A stretch of 61,866 nt of DNA, filler included, from Choristocarpus tenellus KU-1152 (Eukaryota; Protista; Phaeophyceae): assembly GCA_964200185.2 (NCBI GenBank). It is 12 parts of 12 records of this genome, joined end to end, with 100 filler letters (N's around TTAATTAATTAA, not from the genome) between each part and the next. Parts side by side here need not be neighbours in the genome. Positions count along the whole stretch, not along the records: positions 36,314 to 39,579 come from CAXNAD020021163.1; positions 39,680 to 42,346 come from CAXNAD020025812.1; positions 42,447 to 45,278 come from CAXNAD020024349.1; positions 45,379 to 52,100 come from CAXNAD020007485.1; 8 more parts are not named here. One strand, written 5' to 3'. Position 1 is the first letter of the stretch. Every line of letters starts with the position of its first letter. A model generated the notes under the pieces. It did no database searches. It had not been told where the DNA came from and saw nothing but the letters and a program-made list of their open reading frames with translations. The position numbers were made by a program, and so were the translations under genes. Shown here piece by piece: positions 38,280 to 51,290 of this stretch.

Positions 38280-39440
38280 GTGAGGTGGATCAAAATATAA
38301 TGCCTGTGAGGTGTAGAACTCCACGTTCGACACATCCCTCCCAAAAAATAATGATTGCGCTGGAGTAGTTGTTAGGATATCACCAAGTCCTTCAAGAGTG
38401 GAGGCACTCACAACTACTGCTTCTAGTTTGTGTCCGCATTTATCCATCCATGTAATTTGCTTTTCCTCAAATATATTTGAATTCGAATGCTAAGAATTTC
38501 TTGTCTTACACCCTGCTTTGGTTCCCGCTATACGCATACATAAATGATCGCTTGGCATGGTGAATGAAGGAGCCGCCTGGAGGGTTTGGGTATTTGGACA
38601 GTCTTGTTGGTGTAGGCCGTGGTGCTGGGGAGGCTCTGGGTCCTCTTCTACAGCTGCTTGAGGATGGGGAGGAGCTCTGGGGCAGAGCAGGGATGGCTGC
38701 CTGGCTGAGGTGAGATGGCCATCATACCGCTTGCTTTGTGAATGCCGTTTGATTTGCTTTTTGATGACTGTATTGGAGGTTGAGGGGGTTTCGTTCATTG
38801 CAGAGGGATGAGACTGTCCTAGATCAATGATAGTGTAGGTGCACATGATAGTGTAGACACTTACTGCTGCTCTGGAGTACTTCGTACTTGATTTGAAAAT
38901 ATTCGACTTCACCTAGTGTTTGATTAACCTTTTCCCCTAACCTTTCCACATCAGGGACCAGTTCATTATTTTTTTTGTAACCATATGCATGGAGTTATTT
39001 TTTTCTTATCAGAAACATTTCGTGGGTGTCCCGTGTCGACCTTGTGATTTGACTTGACCATAACAACACATTTATTGCTTTTGTTAGAAATAACCTTTTT
39101 TTTTTCACATTTTTTGTAGCAGTTGGTCTGTGGTCTGGTGTTTGCTGCTTTAGTGGACTGGTGTACTCCTGTACTCCAAGTATAAATTTGGTTCCTTGTA
39201 ACGTCTCTGTTCTCCAAGTGACATGTTCTTGTGGTCTGTACCTGCCTAGTTGTCAAGAGGAAAGGAGAATGCTCTATCCCTGCTCTCGTAAAGCAAAGGT
39301 GTTGATGGTTTCACAGCTGATCTTACGATTGGACACACCTCATCGTTGCACCTGTATTAGTGATGTTGGGTCGCATAATGCAGCGGTAGGGATCTCCACA
39401 GGCACAGCTATGTATTGCAAGGAAGAAGGGTCACCAAACT

Positions 39441-39579
39441 TTGTACCTTGTACCTTGTACCTTGTACCTTGTGCCTTGTACCTTGTGCCTTGTGCCTTGT
39501 ACCTTGTGCCTTGTGCCTTGTGCCTTGTGCCTTGTACCTTGTACCTTGTTCCTTGTATCTTGTGTCATGTACCTTGTGC
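39441..39579 (+). repeat. 7-bp microsatellite (TGTRCCT)n
   Basis: About 19 copies of TGTACCT/TGTGCCT running into the contig end. Confidence 0.95.
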
Positions 39580-39679
39580 NNNNNNNNNNNNNNNNNNNNN
39601 NNNNNNNNNNNNNNNNNNNNNNNTTAATTAATTAANNNNNNNNNNNNNNNNNNNNNNNNNNNNNNNNNNNNNNNNNNNN

Positions 39680-39708
39680 CGCCCCCCCCCCCCCAGATAC
39701 TTTGGGTC
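39680..39708. mobile_element. Sola2-like TIR end
   Basis: (C)nAGATACTTTGGGTC. Confidence 0.6.
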
Positions 39709-39947
39709 ACACACAGGTTAAACCGCATCTGGCTTGTTCAATGACTGCATTTTGTTAACTGGATAGAGGAAGAAGAAGAGGCGGAATGCTGGCGAGAATA
39801 GCTACAGATACATTGAAGGGGGAGGAGAGGTTGCAAGGCGAATGCAACCTATTGCCTCAACGTATTACACAGGCTGATTATACTTCAAAAAATTGTCCTT
39901 ACTAGAGAGAAAAACACAAGAGAATGAGTACCCCACAAATGTATCGT

Positions 39948-40209
39948 GACCCAAAGTAAATAAGAGGGTAGGAGTTTCGCCCTGTTTGTTCGTTCGGGTC
40001 TTGGCTTCCCAAGTTATTTTTTTTTGCCCCTTTTCGGTTTTTTATGTGAACACAGTTACCTCAAATGTATACACGACTATGAAAGGTGTGTCCGGAGGAA
40101 GGATATTGACACTTGCTAACAAACACGGTATCCAAAATTCACTAAAATCACACCATTGAATTTATGATCCCGAACGGACGTGGCCCTACCCTCTTAAGTG
40201 CTTTGCCTC
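39948..40209 (-). mobile_element. Sola2-like MITE subfamily A, diverged copy
   Basis: Colinear with the other A copies; flanks TCGT/TGGT (TSD with one mismatch). Confidence 0.8.
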
Positions 40210-40840
40210 TGGTGTAATGCAGGCGCTATGCTTTCAAATCTGTTATGCTGATTCATATGCTTGGATTGTTCTTGTGCCGACATCAAAACTGGACAAAATT
40301 GTTACAACACACACACTAAATGGCAATCGATTGGGACCAGAACACTAAAAGCGATCAATTTTGATGTACTCATACCAAGAAAGAAGAACGAGGATATTTT
40401 TTAATGTGATACTACTCAGTTCTCCCTCTCCTACCTGACCGACTCCTTCTGGTACGTCCAAGTCTTGGACTGGTAAAATGTTGTGAGAAAAAATGTGCAA
40501 CATGGAAATTGCTAAGGTTGCAGTTAGTTATCTCATCCAAGTCGTGTTATTATTGTATTATCTATATCTGACAACGGTTAGCGTGATACTGTGTAATTTC
40601 ACTAAGTCACAATGAATACAATAACAAAAATTATCCCTCTTGTCGCGTGTGTAGAGCCGTTCATCCATGTTGGCCGTTCAACCAACTTACAATGACATGG
40701 TTCATGCACAGATCATCTCGAAGAGCTACACCTTAACGGCACAGACGCATGGGAAGAGGGGGTATAGTTAATAGTATCACTATCTCAATGTGAATATCAA
40801 CAACCAACATTGTGTGACTTCGATCAGATTCAATACGGAG

Positions 40841-41434
40841 CTAATTCGCTGTGTTTTCCGCAGTCCATATTTTTAAAGTGTGCCAAAAAAGAAAAAGAAA
40901 TATGAAGAAATCTCTCCATAACGATGTACAGTGTGCGCATGGATGCACAGAGCGTATGCTGATGTTCTCAACATATAGCAGTTCTTGGTTAGCGGGAAAT
41001 TGACAGGGGCCGTACAGGAACTGTAATTTTTTGGCCTTGATAAGGCAGTCCTTTGCGGATTGGTGCCATTGCAAGGTCCTTACCCTGCCCATGTTCCACA
41101 AGAATCGCGACGTCACCTTCTTGCACACTTTTGTCTTGTGGGAAAACCCAGTCGAATCAAGTCGAAAAAGTTCATGATTGATGGTGTTTTGGCTATGTGT
41201 ATCCGCACTGTTGTTCAGCAGAGTCAAGGTTTTTGGATATTGTTTTGAAAGAATGGTGAAGGAGGTGAGCACATCACTACATTTTTGATTCCAAGATACG
41301 ATCAACTTACCAACAAGACTTCTTCCACCCTCCCCTCCTCCTTCAATAAAGTCATCGTTCATCTTGTCGTGATTACTCCTTCTCCTCCTCCATGCCAGAA
41401 AAAACCTGTACTTGGCGGTAGTTGTTGAACACAC
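40841..41434 (-). pseudogene. Orphan, probably frameshifted reading frame of unknown family
   Basis: 197-codon ORF; shares a basic run plus IEGGGE motif with the decayed frame at 39720-39900. Confidence 0.3.
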
Positions 41435-42286
41435 ACATCTTCATGTATACCGAGGGGTTATACTTGTGTTGAATACGATCGGACGACCCTTTAAGATCGA
41501 GTTTAATGGTTAGGGTAAAGGATAGAGGGAGCTGACTTCAGGCGACGTCTACTGTCAGTCACGGATGCAGTTATTGTTGCAGTACACGGCAAGAACAATT
41601 TATTGGGAAAGACAGCACACACTAGTGCACATGTGCCACCTCACATCACAACCTACAATCAATATACGATATCCTACAGAATCATGTATCTGTTACGATC
41701 TCATCACTATGTTGCTTGCATGTGATACGTACAGAAGTAGTTATAGTGGTGATTTCTGCTCTGAAGCGCGCCATAACAAATGCTGGAACAAGTCCTTTAT
41801 ACATATAGCTGATTCTGTACATGGCAATCGTATAGTCTATGGTGACATATAGTTCCCGTGTACAATATCAAGGCAATGATCCTTTCCACCACAAATTGTG
41901 ATCAATAGCTGCATTTCCTGTTACCCACCATCTCAGTGGCTTTAATCACACTGAAATGGCAAGAGCTCGTATGTATGTGCCAATGGGTTGTCAGATATTG
42001 GGCTTGGGGCAGGGTTAGCGCTAGGGATTTGATCAGTTGAACTAGCTGAGGTCAGAAAAAAAAATAGTGCCATAGCGGTATGTGATTGAGGGGCCTGTTG
42101 CAAAAAGGCAAATCATCAATGTAAGAAGGTATATATATATACATATATGTATTAATGTATCACTTCCGTATAATACAAGGAGTTGTGTGGATGGGGTAGA
42201 GGGGGGAAGGGGCGGGGTTCCATCACCAGAAACGTTTTTATCTATTGAGTGGACTCTCTACCTAGGCATGTATGTCTCAACGAGTT

Positions 42287-42346
42287 GGGTCAAAGTATCT
42301 GGGGGGGGGGGGGAGTTTGTAAGGGGGCGTCCGTTTCGGTCAAACA
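42287..42346. mobile_element. Sola2-like end, poly-G subfamily
   Basis: GGGTCAAAGTATCT(G)n...GCGTCCGTTTCGG, cut by the contig end. Confidence 0.7.
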
Positions 42347-42446
42347 NNNNNNNNNNNNNNNNNNNNNNNNNNNNNNNNNNNNNNNNNNNNTTAATTAATT
42401 AANNNNNNNNNNNNNNNNNNNNNNNNNNNNNNNNNNNNNNNNNNNN

Positions 42447-42510
42447 CCCAAATGGACACCCTGGTGCAGACCCTCCTCCCCCCCCCACTCCCCCCCAGAT
42501 ACTTTGAGCC
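42447..42510. mobile_element. Sola2-like end, poly-C subfamily
   Basis: CCCAAATGGACACCCTGGTG...(C)nAGATACTTTGAGCC. Confidence 0.7.
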
Positions 42511-43052
42511 ATCATGATACATAACCATAGGAATTTTGGACAATTGGACAAGGCAAAAAATAAAACAGATTTCTAGACCTCCGCATTACAAATTTGCCCC
42601 CCAAAAAAACGCTAAAAAACAGGAATTTAGTGCGATCTCAATCATCACATCAGGGTTTTAGAACTCAACCAACCCAATAGCGGTAATCTGGAAGAACTAG
42701 GTAGCGCGAACGCCTCTTGGTCGGTGAGCTAGAACTTGAAGAGTGTGAGCAGTGAGATAAACACTACGAAATCACCAAATCAAGGAAAGACTATTTAGGT
42801 CAAGGCTTGAAGTTCACCTACCTGAAAAAGCACTTACTTGGGACTCTTACTACTACTGTATCATTTCATTGACTAGGTGCACCTATCTGTTTGCCAGTGT
42901 GCCATGCTTGCCATCACCCAATGATAAGCAAGACCTTGCTAAAAAAAAATAAAGGACAAGGACACGCGAAAAAGAAGTCTAGAAACCCCACCTGGAGAAA
43001 TCAACCGCATCATAATCCTCACAATCTCACCAAAGCCTGGATAGTAAACCAA

Positions 43053-43094
<42 letters not shown>

Positions 43095-43350
43095 GCCTTC
43101 CAAATTTTGCTCTGAAAAAGGACCACACCAGTGTCCATGTACTGCACTCAAGTAATGAGAGTATAATGTGGAGGTATAAGAAGTGGAGAGGAACCTATGC
43201 ACCAATTGAATATCGGTTACATCCTAACAAGTATCTGCACACAGCCCACCTTTGAATTCTGTACAAATTTTGACATACTCCGCACCTCAAGCCTCAACTT
43301 CCCTCCCCCCCCCCGCCCCCGCTCCCCCAAAACTCCCCTTGCCACCTCAC

Positions 43351-45278
43351 CTCCTGCTCAGAAAATACTGGTAAGCACAGGAGAGGCTTTCCAAACACCA
43401 AGGCTTCTTGAGCTACCCCCATGCCACAGTGACTGACCACTACCTTCACCGAGGGGTGCGCCAGTATCTGAACACATATTTTTTACCAAAGTGCATCAGA
43501 GTAGCGTTTGCATAAAAATAAAAAATAAACATAAAAGGGTTGTACACACCACCAAGGAGGCGTTGGAGCGGAAGGTGGGAGGAGGTATGGGAAGTAAAAG
43601 AGCATTTCAAGAGGTGAGAGAGAGCACAGTTCAGGGAGGCATACGAAGGCATAGAATTGGAGAGGGGGGTTGTTGGTTCCAATTCTTCTTGTGACAAATG
43701 GTCGCATGCACACCATACAGATGGGTCCCCACACCAGTATATTGAATATCCCTATGAATAGTGAATAACCCTTGTGCTTGCACATGGAGCAATTAGGAGT
43801 AGATTGCACTGATAGGTGAAATACTGAGTAAAAAATCAAAACCACAGCTTTCCCACTTCAAATACAGCGAGTCCTACAAAGTTCAAGACACCTTTTCCTT
43901 CTCAAAAAACATGCCGCACAGACAGCAAACAAGCAAAAAAACGCACGGTTTGACCATCTCTTACAATAGTTTCCAACAAACACGTCCCTCAGAATCACCA
44001 CCAAAGTGCAGTCTCCATTTCAACGTCTCAAATACCCTCCCCCCTCCTCTCAGTCACGACAGCACGCTCTCACGTCTGTGAAGGCGGACACCTCGAGGGA
44101 CTAGGTTGAGCGATTAAAGCTGCTCGAAAAGGTTAACCCTAACCCTAACCCTAACCCTAACCCTAACCCTAACCCTAACCTTCTCAAACACAACCCTATC
44201 TAAGCATCAACAAAAGTCAAGGTCAAGTCACCGTGCGCAGACTCGAAAAGGTTAACCCTAACCCTAACCCTAACCCTAACCCTAACCCTAACCCTAACCT
44301 TCTTAAATACAACTCTATCTATGCATCAACAAAAGTCAAGGTCAAGTGTGTGTGAGTGTCGAGGTCATATGATGATGCGATTTTTATTTTATTTTTGGGG
44401 GGGAAGGGGAATTTAGGCGCTCGACTCTCAACTCCTGAGTCAGCAGCAGAAAAAGCAAGCGGACACATTGAGGGATGCAACATCGAAGATTCGGAAGGGA
44501 AAGAGCCACACACATTTCTAAAATGGTCTAGTTTACTCGGGGAAGGTATACTGCAATGGCCGTACATTGTGAGCCCCGCAAAAGGTGGCAGGGGCTCATC
44601 TTGCAAGCACAATTCGTCAAAAGCGAAAAGGATGCCTCAAACTATACTTTCTTCTCCTCGGAGTAAAAAGGTAGGTTTCATATACACGGAGCAGGCGGTA
44701 GACAGGGTTCAACCCCGAGCTCACTCAGCTATTGAGACAAGCACCCGAGCGTACACAACTGTCTAGCAGGCGATACACAGCACTTGAAAAAGAGAACAGT
44801 CCAATAACTTTCTTCTGGCCCTACCCCACACTGCCCCAGTTCCCCTTCACCACAACTCACCGCCAGGTGAGGAAGCCCACCAATGACCTTCACCCGGAAT
44901 GTTGATGGCAGCCCAGAAGGCTGGATCGCACTGAGGAGTCGCTCATGCTGCTCCTTGGGTATCAACCACAGAACTCGGTGATTAAACTCCAGTCCGTCAC
45001 CGCCACCACTCATATCGTCCCACTCCCTCGCCCTCCCCGCCCCGCCCCCGCCCCCCCAACAGGCAAGGTCCGACACACCAGACAGGGCTTGTATAATTGT
45101 CAACAGCTGCCACTTCTCAAACTGAGGCATGTGCCCGAGGTTGATTAAGATAACCCCACTGTCAGCAGCTGCTCCTTCCAACTGTTCCTCCCCGCCCCCA
45201 CCACACCCTCCTTCCCTGAGGCTCTCTTGCCCTCCTGCTCCCCTATCCACCCTCATAGCGGCACTGTCCCTAGCAGTT
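43351..45278 (-). CDS. Family-1 UDP-glycosyltransferase, exons >45256-44861 and 43467-43351 (partial)
   Basis: GVILINLG...RVLW...LPSTFRV..GLPHLA|ILAHPSVKVVVSHCGMGVAQEALVFGKPLLCLPVFSEQ is the UGT signature (PSPG-like box); phase-0 GT-AG join. Confidence 0.88.
44123..44347 (+). repeat. Tandem ~119-bp duplication, each unit holding an interstitial (CCCTAA)7 tract
   Basis: CTCGAAAAGGTTAA(CCCTAA)n...CATCAACAAAAGTCAAGGTCAAGT occurs twice. Confidence 0.9.
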
Positions 45279-45378
45279 NNNNNNNNNNNNNNNNNNNNNN
45301 NNNNNNNNNNNNNNNNNNNNNNTTAATTAATTAANNNNNNNNNNNNNNNNNNNNNNNNNNNNNNNNNNNNNNNNNNNN

Positions 45379-45433
45379 CAAATGGACACCCTGGTGTAGA
45401 CCTCCCCCCCCCCTCCCTCAGATACTTTGGGTC
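45379..45433. mobile_element. Sola2-like end, poly-C subfamily
   Basis: CAAATGGACACCCTGGTGTAGAC...AGATACTTTGGGTC. Confidence 0.7.
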
Positions 45434-45686
45434 AAAAGTATCCAATACCTCAGAACCCGTCAAACTCTGCTTTATACAGTGAGGAACAGATCTTGTCTTG
45501 TAACGCCACGTAGCATTGATATCGCGTAGGGTAGTAGGGTGGATCACTTTTTGCCCTGGATGCATACTAACTCGGGGAGTGAAAGTTCTTCTACCCTTGT
45601 TTAAATGACATGATCAAGGCATGCTGTACTTCCCATGTATCAAAATTTCTCTACCACCCTGTGAAAATACATGTATGCGCTCTTAC

Positions 45687-47003
45687 CTTTTCTCGGTGTT
45701 CTAGGAGAGTTGCAGCCTCTTCTTTGGGCTTGAGCTTGAGAAGAATTTTATGGACAGCCTGGGCCTCATTATATTGATGAAGCTTCACCAGGCTGTGTCA
45801 AAGTTGTTTTTGTGAAGGGTTAGGAAGAGGAAAGAGATCTGGGGGGGGGTCTAGACAAGACTAGGGCCAAGGTACTCCACAGACTGAATTTTGGAACGCT
45901 TGTGCTAAGCGGTCTTCTAGCAGCCTGTTGGGGGAAGAGAGGAAGACACCTTAGTGAGGAAGGAGTTGTTTGTGACAAGGCTGCACGCAGAAATCACAGT
46001 TGCATGATCCCCAGGAAGTGTACCAAACACCAGCATGACTGTGCACGAGGAGACGACATGATTGTTTTCTTTCCTAGAGTAGTTGTTTGATTTGAACACT
46101 TCACTGAAAACTATAGAGCTCTTAAGCCTTGAACTGTGGATCACACAACTCAGCCACAGAGTGATCTGTAGCACTCTGTAGTAGAAGGAAAGTCTTGTAC
46201 TTTCTGAGCTCGGGTAAGGAGTGAGTTACTGAGGGCAAGCATTCCAAATTTTCGATATGTGGCGAACGTTGCTACGACCAACTCTAACCCTAATGTAGAA
46301 CCCATGCTATAAACCTAGGTCTTACGAATAAGTGCTCAAACTCTCCAACCAACGAGTTCTCCAAAGCTGACCTCAGATTTTCATATTCCTCTTGCCCTGC
46401 CCTTTCTCAAATACATAGGAGATGAACTATCCTTGTTTCAAATCATAGACCTCAATGCCTGCTATGAGAGAAGTACTAACTTCTCTATCATTTGTAACCT
46501 TCAACTGACTAGAGTCCATGCAGTTGGAGAGGGGAAGAGGGGAAGGCTGCAAAAGAACTACCCAGATTGAATTAGAGGCCCAGAGTTGTCCAAGCAACTT
46601 TCATGAGGGACTGTACTAGGCGCTCAAAGCACTCACTTCAGAAACCAAAAGAGATTGAGACACTCAAACAACCTGAAGCACGCTAGACAGTGAGTATGAG
46701 GTATCACATATGCGCATGTAGAGGAAGGTGGAGGGGGGGAATGTTGCCCACCCCAAAACGCCAAGGGTGACTGAGCCATACTTTCTTATCCATCATCAAA
46801 GCGTGTAGGATTCCTTTGTGGTGCACCTATTTTCAGCTTTTTGGAGCTCGAGGTATCTCTTGGTATGCTTGACACGTGGCTGGGGTAGCCAACTCAGCTC
46901 CAGCTCCAGTCTCTCCCTCTGCACTCGGTGCAGTCCCTCCAACTCCTCCAGTCGTGCTGCACATACTTCTTCCACATGTTGACCTGCTGCATGCGCAGCA
47001 GTC
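45687..47003 (-). CDS. Uncharacterised coiled-coil protein, exons ~47003-46827 and 45792-45687 (partial)
   Basis: Phase-2 GT-AG join gives PRVKHTKRYLELQKAENS|LVKLHQYNEAQAVHKILLKLKPKEE. Confidence 0.7.
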
Positions 47004-47059
47004 CTAAACCTAGTCATCAATTTCTGTCCCATTTTTCGAAATTGTCATGCAGTGCGACA

Positions 47060-49860
47060 GTTCATCCATGGGTAGACTTTGGCGAAGCCAACAGTACGTA
47101 AGGGGCAGAGGCAGTAGGGTTTGGGCTCCCATTGCTCATGAATAATGAAGACAGTACATTGCTCCCCAACTTCCTGGAGAGGGTGAGGGGTATCTTGGAC
47201 CCTCTGTTTAAGCTCAGGGTTTTAGCTGGTGGCCTCCAGGAAACTGGGCAAAATGGACCATAGGTGCCATCAATAAAGCACTTGGTCGGTGGGGCAGTAC
47301 AGTGTATAAAAAAGGGAATCATTTACAGTGTAATCCCCACCCAGCTCTCCCACAGTCATACTGTCCCATTGACCAAAACTCAATGAAGATTGAATTGTTG
47401 AGGGATATGATTTGTTTGGGGAAGGTTAGCTTTTCAAAGGTGTTACTCTTGAAAAATATATTCCTTTGCGATGGACTCGGAGAGAGGGAAGTCTAAATCT
47501 TGGCAATGATATACTAACATACCATTCGATTTACTTGTGAAGTACTGTGCAGCATTATAAGCAGGCACAACAGTCTAGTGCCTTCCAGCTATTCAGCCCA
47601 GAAACTCGCCTTTTGGGCTGCTCTATATAGGGTTTGCTGGTGTGCCTGGTCCTTGGAAACATCCTTGAGCTGCAAGTCTTGAAAACCGCGTTTTATATTG
47701 CTGAGGTTATTGTCTAACTCCACCACATCATCATAATGGCCCAGCTCTGACAGATACATAGGTGTGGGAGGTGCTTGTCAATTCAACGAAAACGAGTTGC
47801 TCATTCAAGATCTTATGAGATAAACCTTTACCCACACGATCTGCCTTTTACCTTCTATGCCTTGACAAGGTGCTCCTGCTAGACCACATTGCATTACCAT
47901 TAAGTGAGTTCTTGGTTGAATCAGAACCACATCCCCACTGTGGTCGTACAAAACAGTCCAGGGTAAATAGGTGTCGACCATCCCCAATTTTGCCACATAT
48001 GACTCTTCCCAAGTTCACACTCTCATGTCATTAGAAGAGAGTTGGAAGAACTGAGAAAATATCTCCAACTCTCAGTAAGAGCAAGAGAATGCGCATGCTT
48101 GTACTCATTGTATGCTTACCCATATACCATCTTACATTTTCATAGGCACACAAAACCAATGTAGCAAGACAAGCCATCTCCAAATAGGAACTACTTATTG
48201 GTCAGAGTCATTTGGCACTTCGAGGGTTTTCACTCTTCTTGGTCCATTTGTTAATATTTTCTAGTTTAGAGCACTAAGGTGCTTCATTATGTCTTTTTTT
48301 GGTTCGTCAACGTTTTGTGTACACTCGCCATTTGACAATTGAACTGCCCACAGTCACATCACCAGTCCACTGGTATGGGTGAACCTCCCCTAGCATAAGG
48401 TTTCACACCTCCTTCACTGCTTCCAGTTAGGCTCTGCAATATATTTCCCACTACTTCCTGGCAAAAAAAATGCCCACAAAATTCTTTCCCTCAGTGGTGA
48501 GTTCAATGTCATCCATCTTAAAGGAGGATGTCCTCCTCATCTGTTGACTACAAAAACTTGTTCACAGCAAAGCAAAATTTGCCAGTCGAAGACGTTGCAG
48601 TATTATTCTTAGTAGTTGGGAACTTAACTGTAACAAGCGCATGCATTTTGTGGAGTTCTCCATGGAGCTAACTCTACATTTACCTACCTGCTGAGCCACT
48701 CAAGCTGTAGACTCACAGCAAGGAGCCAATACTCTTTCTGCATAATGTTATACATTTCTGGCATACTGCATTTTCCTCGAAGAACAGAGGATCGCCAAAG
48801 GGTAAAAAGTACAAACTATGTGCACATTGGTGGTGGATAGACACTGGTACCCAGATGTTGATACTGCATCCTGGAGGGGGTGCTTTTGATCCAAATTGAC
48901 GTACTCTGGTATCTGTGTCATGCCATTCGACTCTACCATTTTTGGACATCCTAAGCTATGATAGACAATTCAACGACCCATTGACGAACATTACATCACA
49001 AAGTGCACCCGATCAAGCAACACACTTTGCATGTTGTATCACTAGGGATGAAGTACTGCTCCGGTCTGGTTCAGAATATTAAGTAAGGTGTAGAGTTTCA
49101 TCGTTTATGTAGACTGTTTCGGGCATAATCCCGTTCAGGGTAATAGTATTCATCTTTGGGTCATCTACCGTCATGTTCCCACCCTCTCACCTACCAACTC
49201 CATTTTTCTTGCACTGATCGCGGCATGGACTTTCTCATATAACTTTATCTGATCCCTCCGTGGGACTCGATCTTTCGGATCGTACCTGCATTTTAAATAT
49301 CATTTTAAGATTAGGGTCAAGTTGTTTCTTCAACGCCAACTCATTTGTTCCCCCCACAAATTTCAATTTTTCTGTGGTATATTTTTGCCCTTTGCGCAAG
49401 GAAGAGCGAGGTGGAGGTCCTCTGGTGAATATGAGGATTTGGGACATGGAGAGGGACGTGATAATGCAACTATGCATGAAACTCACCCAAAACTTCCCAG
49501 TGCCTCGTCAACACTTTTGACTGAGGAAAGGCCAGTCACTTCTGCATTCCCTCTCAATGAGGTTTCGTCTAGTTCATGTTCCAGATAAGCATAACCATAT
49601 GTTGTCACCGGTGCCTGCCATGGCATGTGTGGCCAAGATTATTAATCACGTTTTTCGTATGATCGATGGTTTCTCTGCATCCTTCATTGACTTTGTCAAC
49701 TTCATTAGGATTAAGAGTATTGACAACACATCTTCTCAACAAGTCCAACCCGAGATTGAAACCCTGTCGGCTACATTGCTCTAACAACACACTCGGCCGA
49801 TCATGGGCCACCAGACTATGTTCGACTAAACGCTGTTTGACTTCTACTTACACCACGTAG
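47060..49860 (-). pseudogene. Decayed coding-like region of unknown origin with a weak JmjC/cupin-like motif
   Basis: Protein-like frames broken by stops; HSGDVVLIQPRTHLMVMQCG at ~47880-47945. Confidence 0.3.
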
Positions 49861-50239
49861 ATAATGGTTAAGTTTTCCCATCTAACCAACCACCATGATA
49901 TTTTCAAGTATTAGGCAACTAGAAATATATCGTAGTTGTAGATGCTATTTACATTCCTATTTTGGAACACACGGTATGACAAATGTGACTACCTCTTTAT
50001 TCACGGTCATGATAAAGCTCCACAACAGTAGCTCAACTGGTGTTGATAGCTGTTAGATCTATAGTAAAGTTGATGGAATGACCTGGAAGCTATGTGTATC
50101 TGGATGGTGAATTAGCAATACTACTGTGTTAGAACATCTCAGGTGCCGTTTCATTTGAAACCGCAGAATAATCCAACCACCACCAAGTGATTAATCTTAC
50201 TGTATAGGAAAAGGTAATCAGCAACATGTTGAAGGGGCG

Positions 50240-51290
50240 TTGGATTACGACTTAGTTCGCCTCTCATTTCGATGGGCTTTCCCCTCTACGCGTATGGCCT
50301 CTGGAATGAAGACAACAGCAAAATCCTGTGAACATACCGACGAGGCATTAGAGACCTCCATAATCAGCCCCTCCAGGAATAAGGAAGGGGCAAAAGGAAA
50401 GCGAAACAAAAAGAAGAAGAAACGCAAAGAAGGTAAGAATGAGGATTCAACTATCAAGGATTCCACCTCTACTGGGACCACGCTGTCGGTGTTGACAAAG
50501 AGGGAAGAGATGCGCGAGGAAATAAAGGCCCAGGTGAGAATCTTACTACCTTCCCACTAGGCATATATGGACAGGCAGTTTCTCGCTTCGGACGACCTCC
50601 CCTCATCTAAACGCTCTTACTTTTCCTCCCAGCAAGATATAAACAATATTTTGCTTTCCTTAGGATTCAACCCTTGTCATACCGTTGGCAATACTAACAC
50701 CACAGGTACTGGCAGATTATTACGCCCAGGATGTGGTTGCTGAGGAAGTTGGCTCGACTGTCAAGAAGTTGCCCCTCTACGCTTTGCGCAAGATGATGTA
50801 AGGAATAACGGGTAGCTACTCTGAAATAAATCGCGGTTTATAGGTAACCCATAACATTCTGTCGTAGAAATTCTGTCGTACTTGCTTCTTTAGATGGGGA
50901 GAGAGTGAAAGTATCTCAGAGGGTAGGAGTTTTGCTCTGTCTGATTGGGGCTTGGCTTCCCACGGGTTTTTCATGACATTTTCCTACTCAAAAATGTTTC
51001 AGAGTAGGTAAAATGTGTAGAACTACGAAAAGGTGTGTCGGAACAAGGATATTGATACTTCCTAACAAACATGATAGCCAAAATTACATCAAAATCGCAA
51101 CATTGGACTTTGGCCCCAAAATGGACGCGGCTCAACCCTCTAAGATAATTTGACTCAGAAGGTGTATTCGGTCTTTGCGAAGGTTGGCAATGAACCTCAA
51201 AAGAAGTCAACTACACAACGAGAGCACCGACCACTATTCGTCCTCCCAAAGCTGAGGGCAGGCGTCTTTCACTCTCTGAATAAAAAGTGA
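50240..51290 (+). pseudogene. Spliced orphan gene fragment (Lys-rich), disrupted by a MITE
   Basis: Phase-0 join EEIKAQ|VLADYYAQDVVAEE; the next putative exon at ~50894 is interrupted by the MITE at 50903. Confidence 0.4.
50903..51156 (-). mobile_element. Sola2-like MITE subfamily A
   Basis: GAGTGAAAGTATCTCAGAGGGTA...ACCCTCTAAGATAATTTGACTC; flanks share AGA (3 bp). Confidence 0.88.

Noticed and set aside
39161-39635. Cys-rich LVPCALY repeat protein
   Set aside because: Translation of a 7-bp microsatellite that is open in several frames.
10840-45278. Functional gene cluster (MMS19, PEX7, SbcC-like, HECT, UGT)
   Set aside because: Each gene is on a different contig joined artificially.
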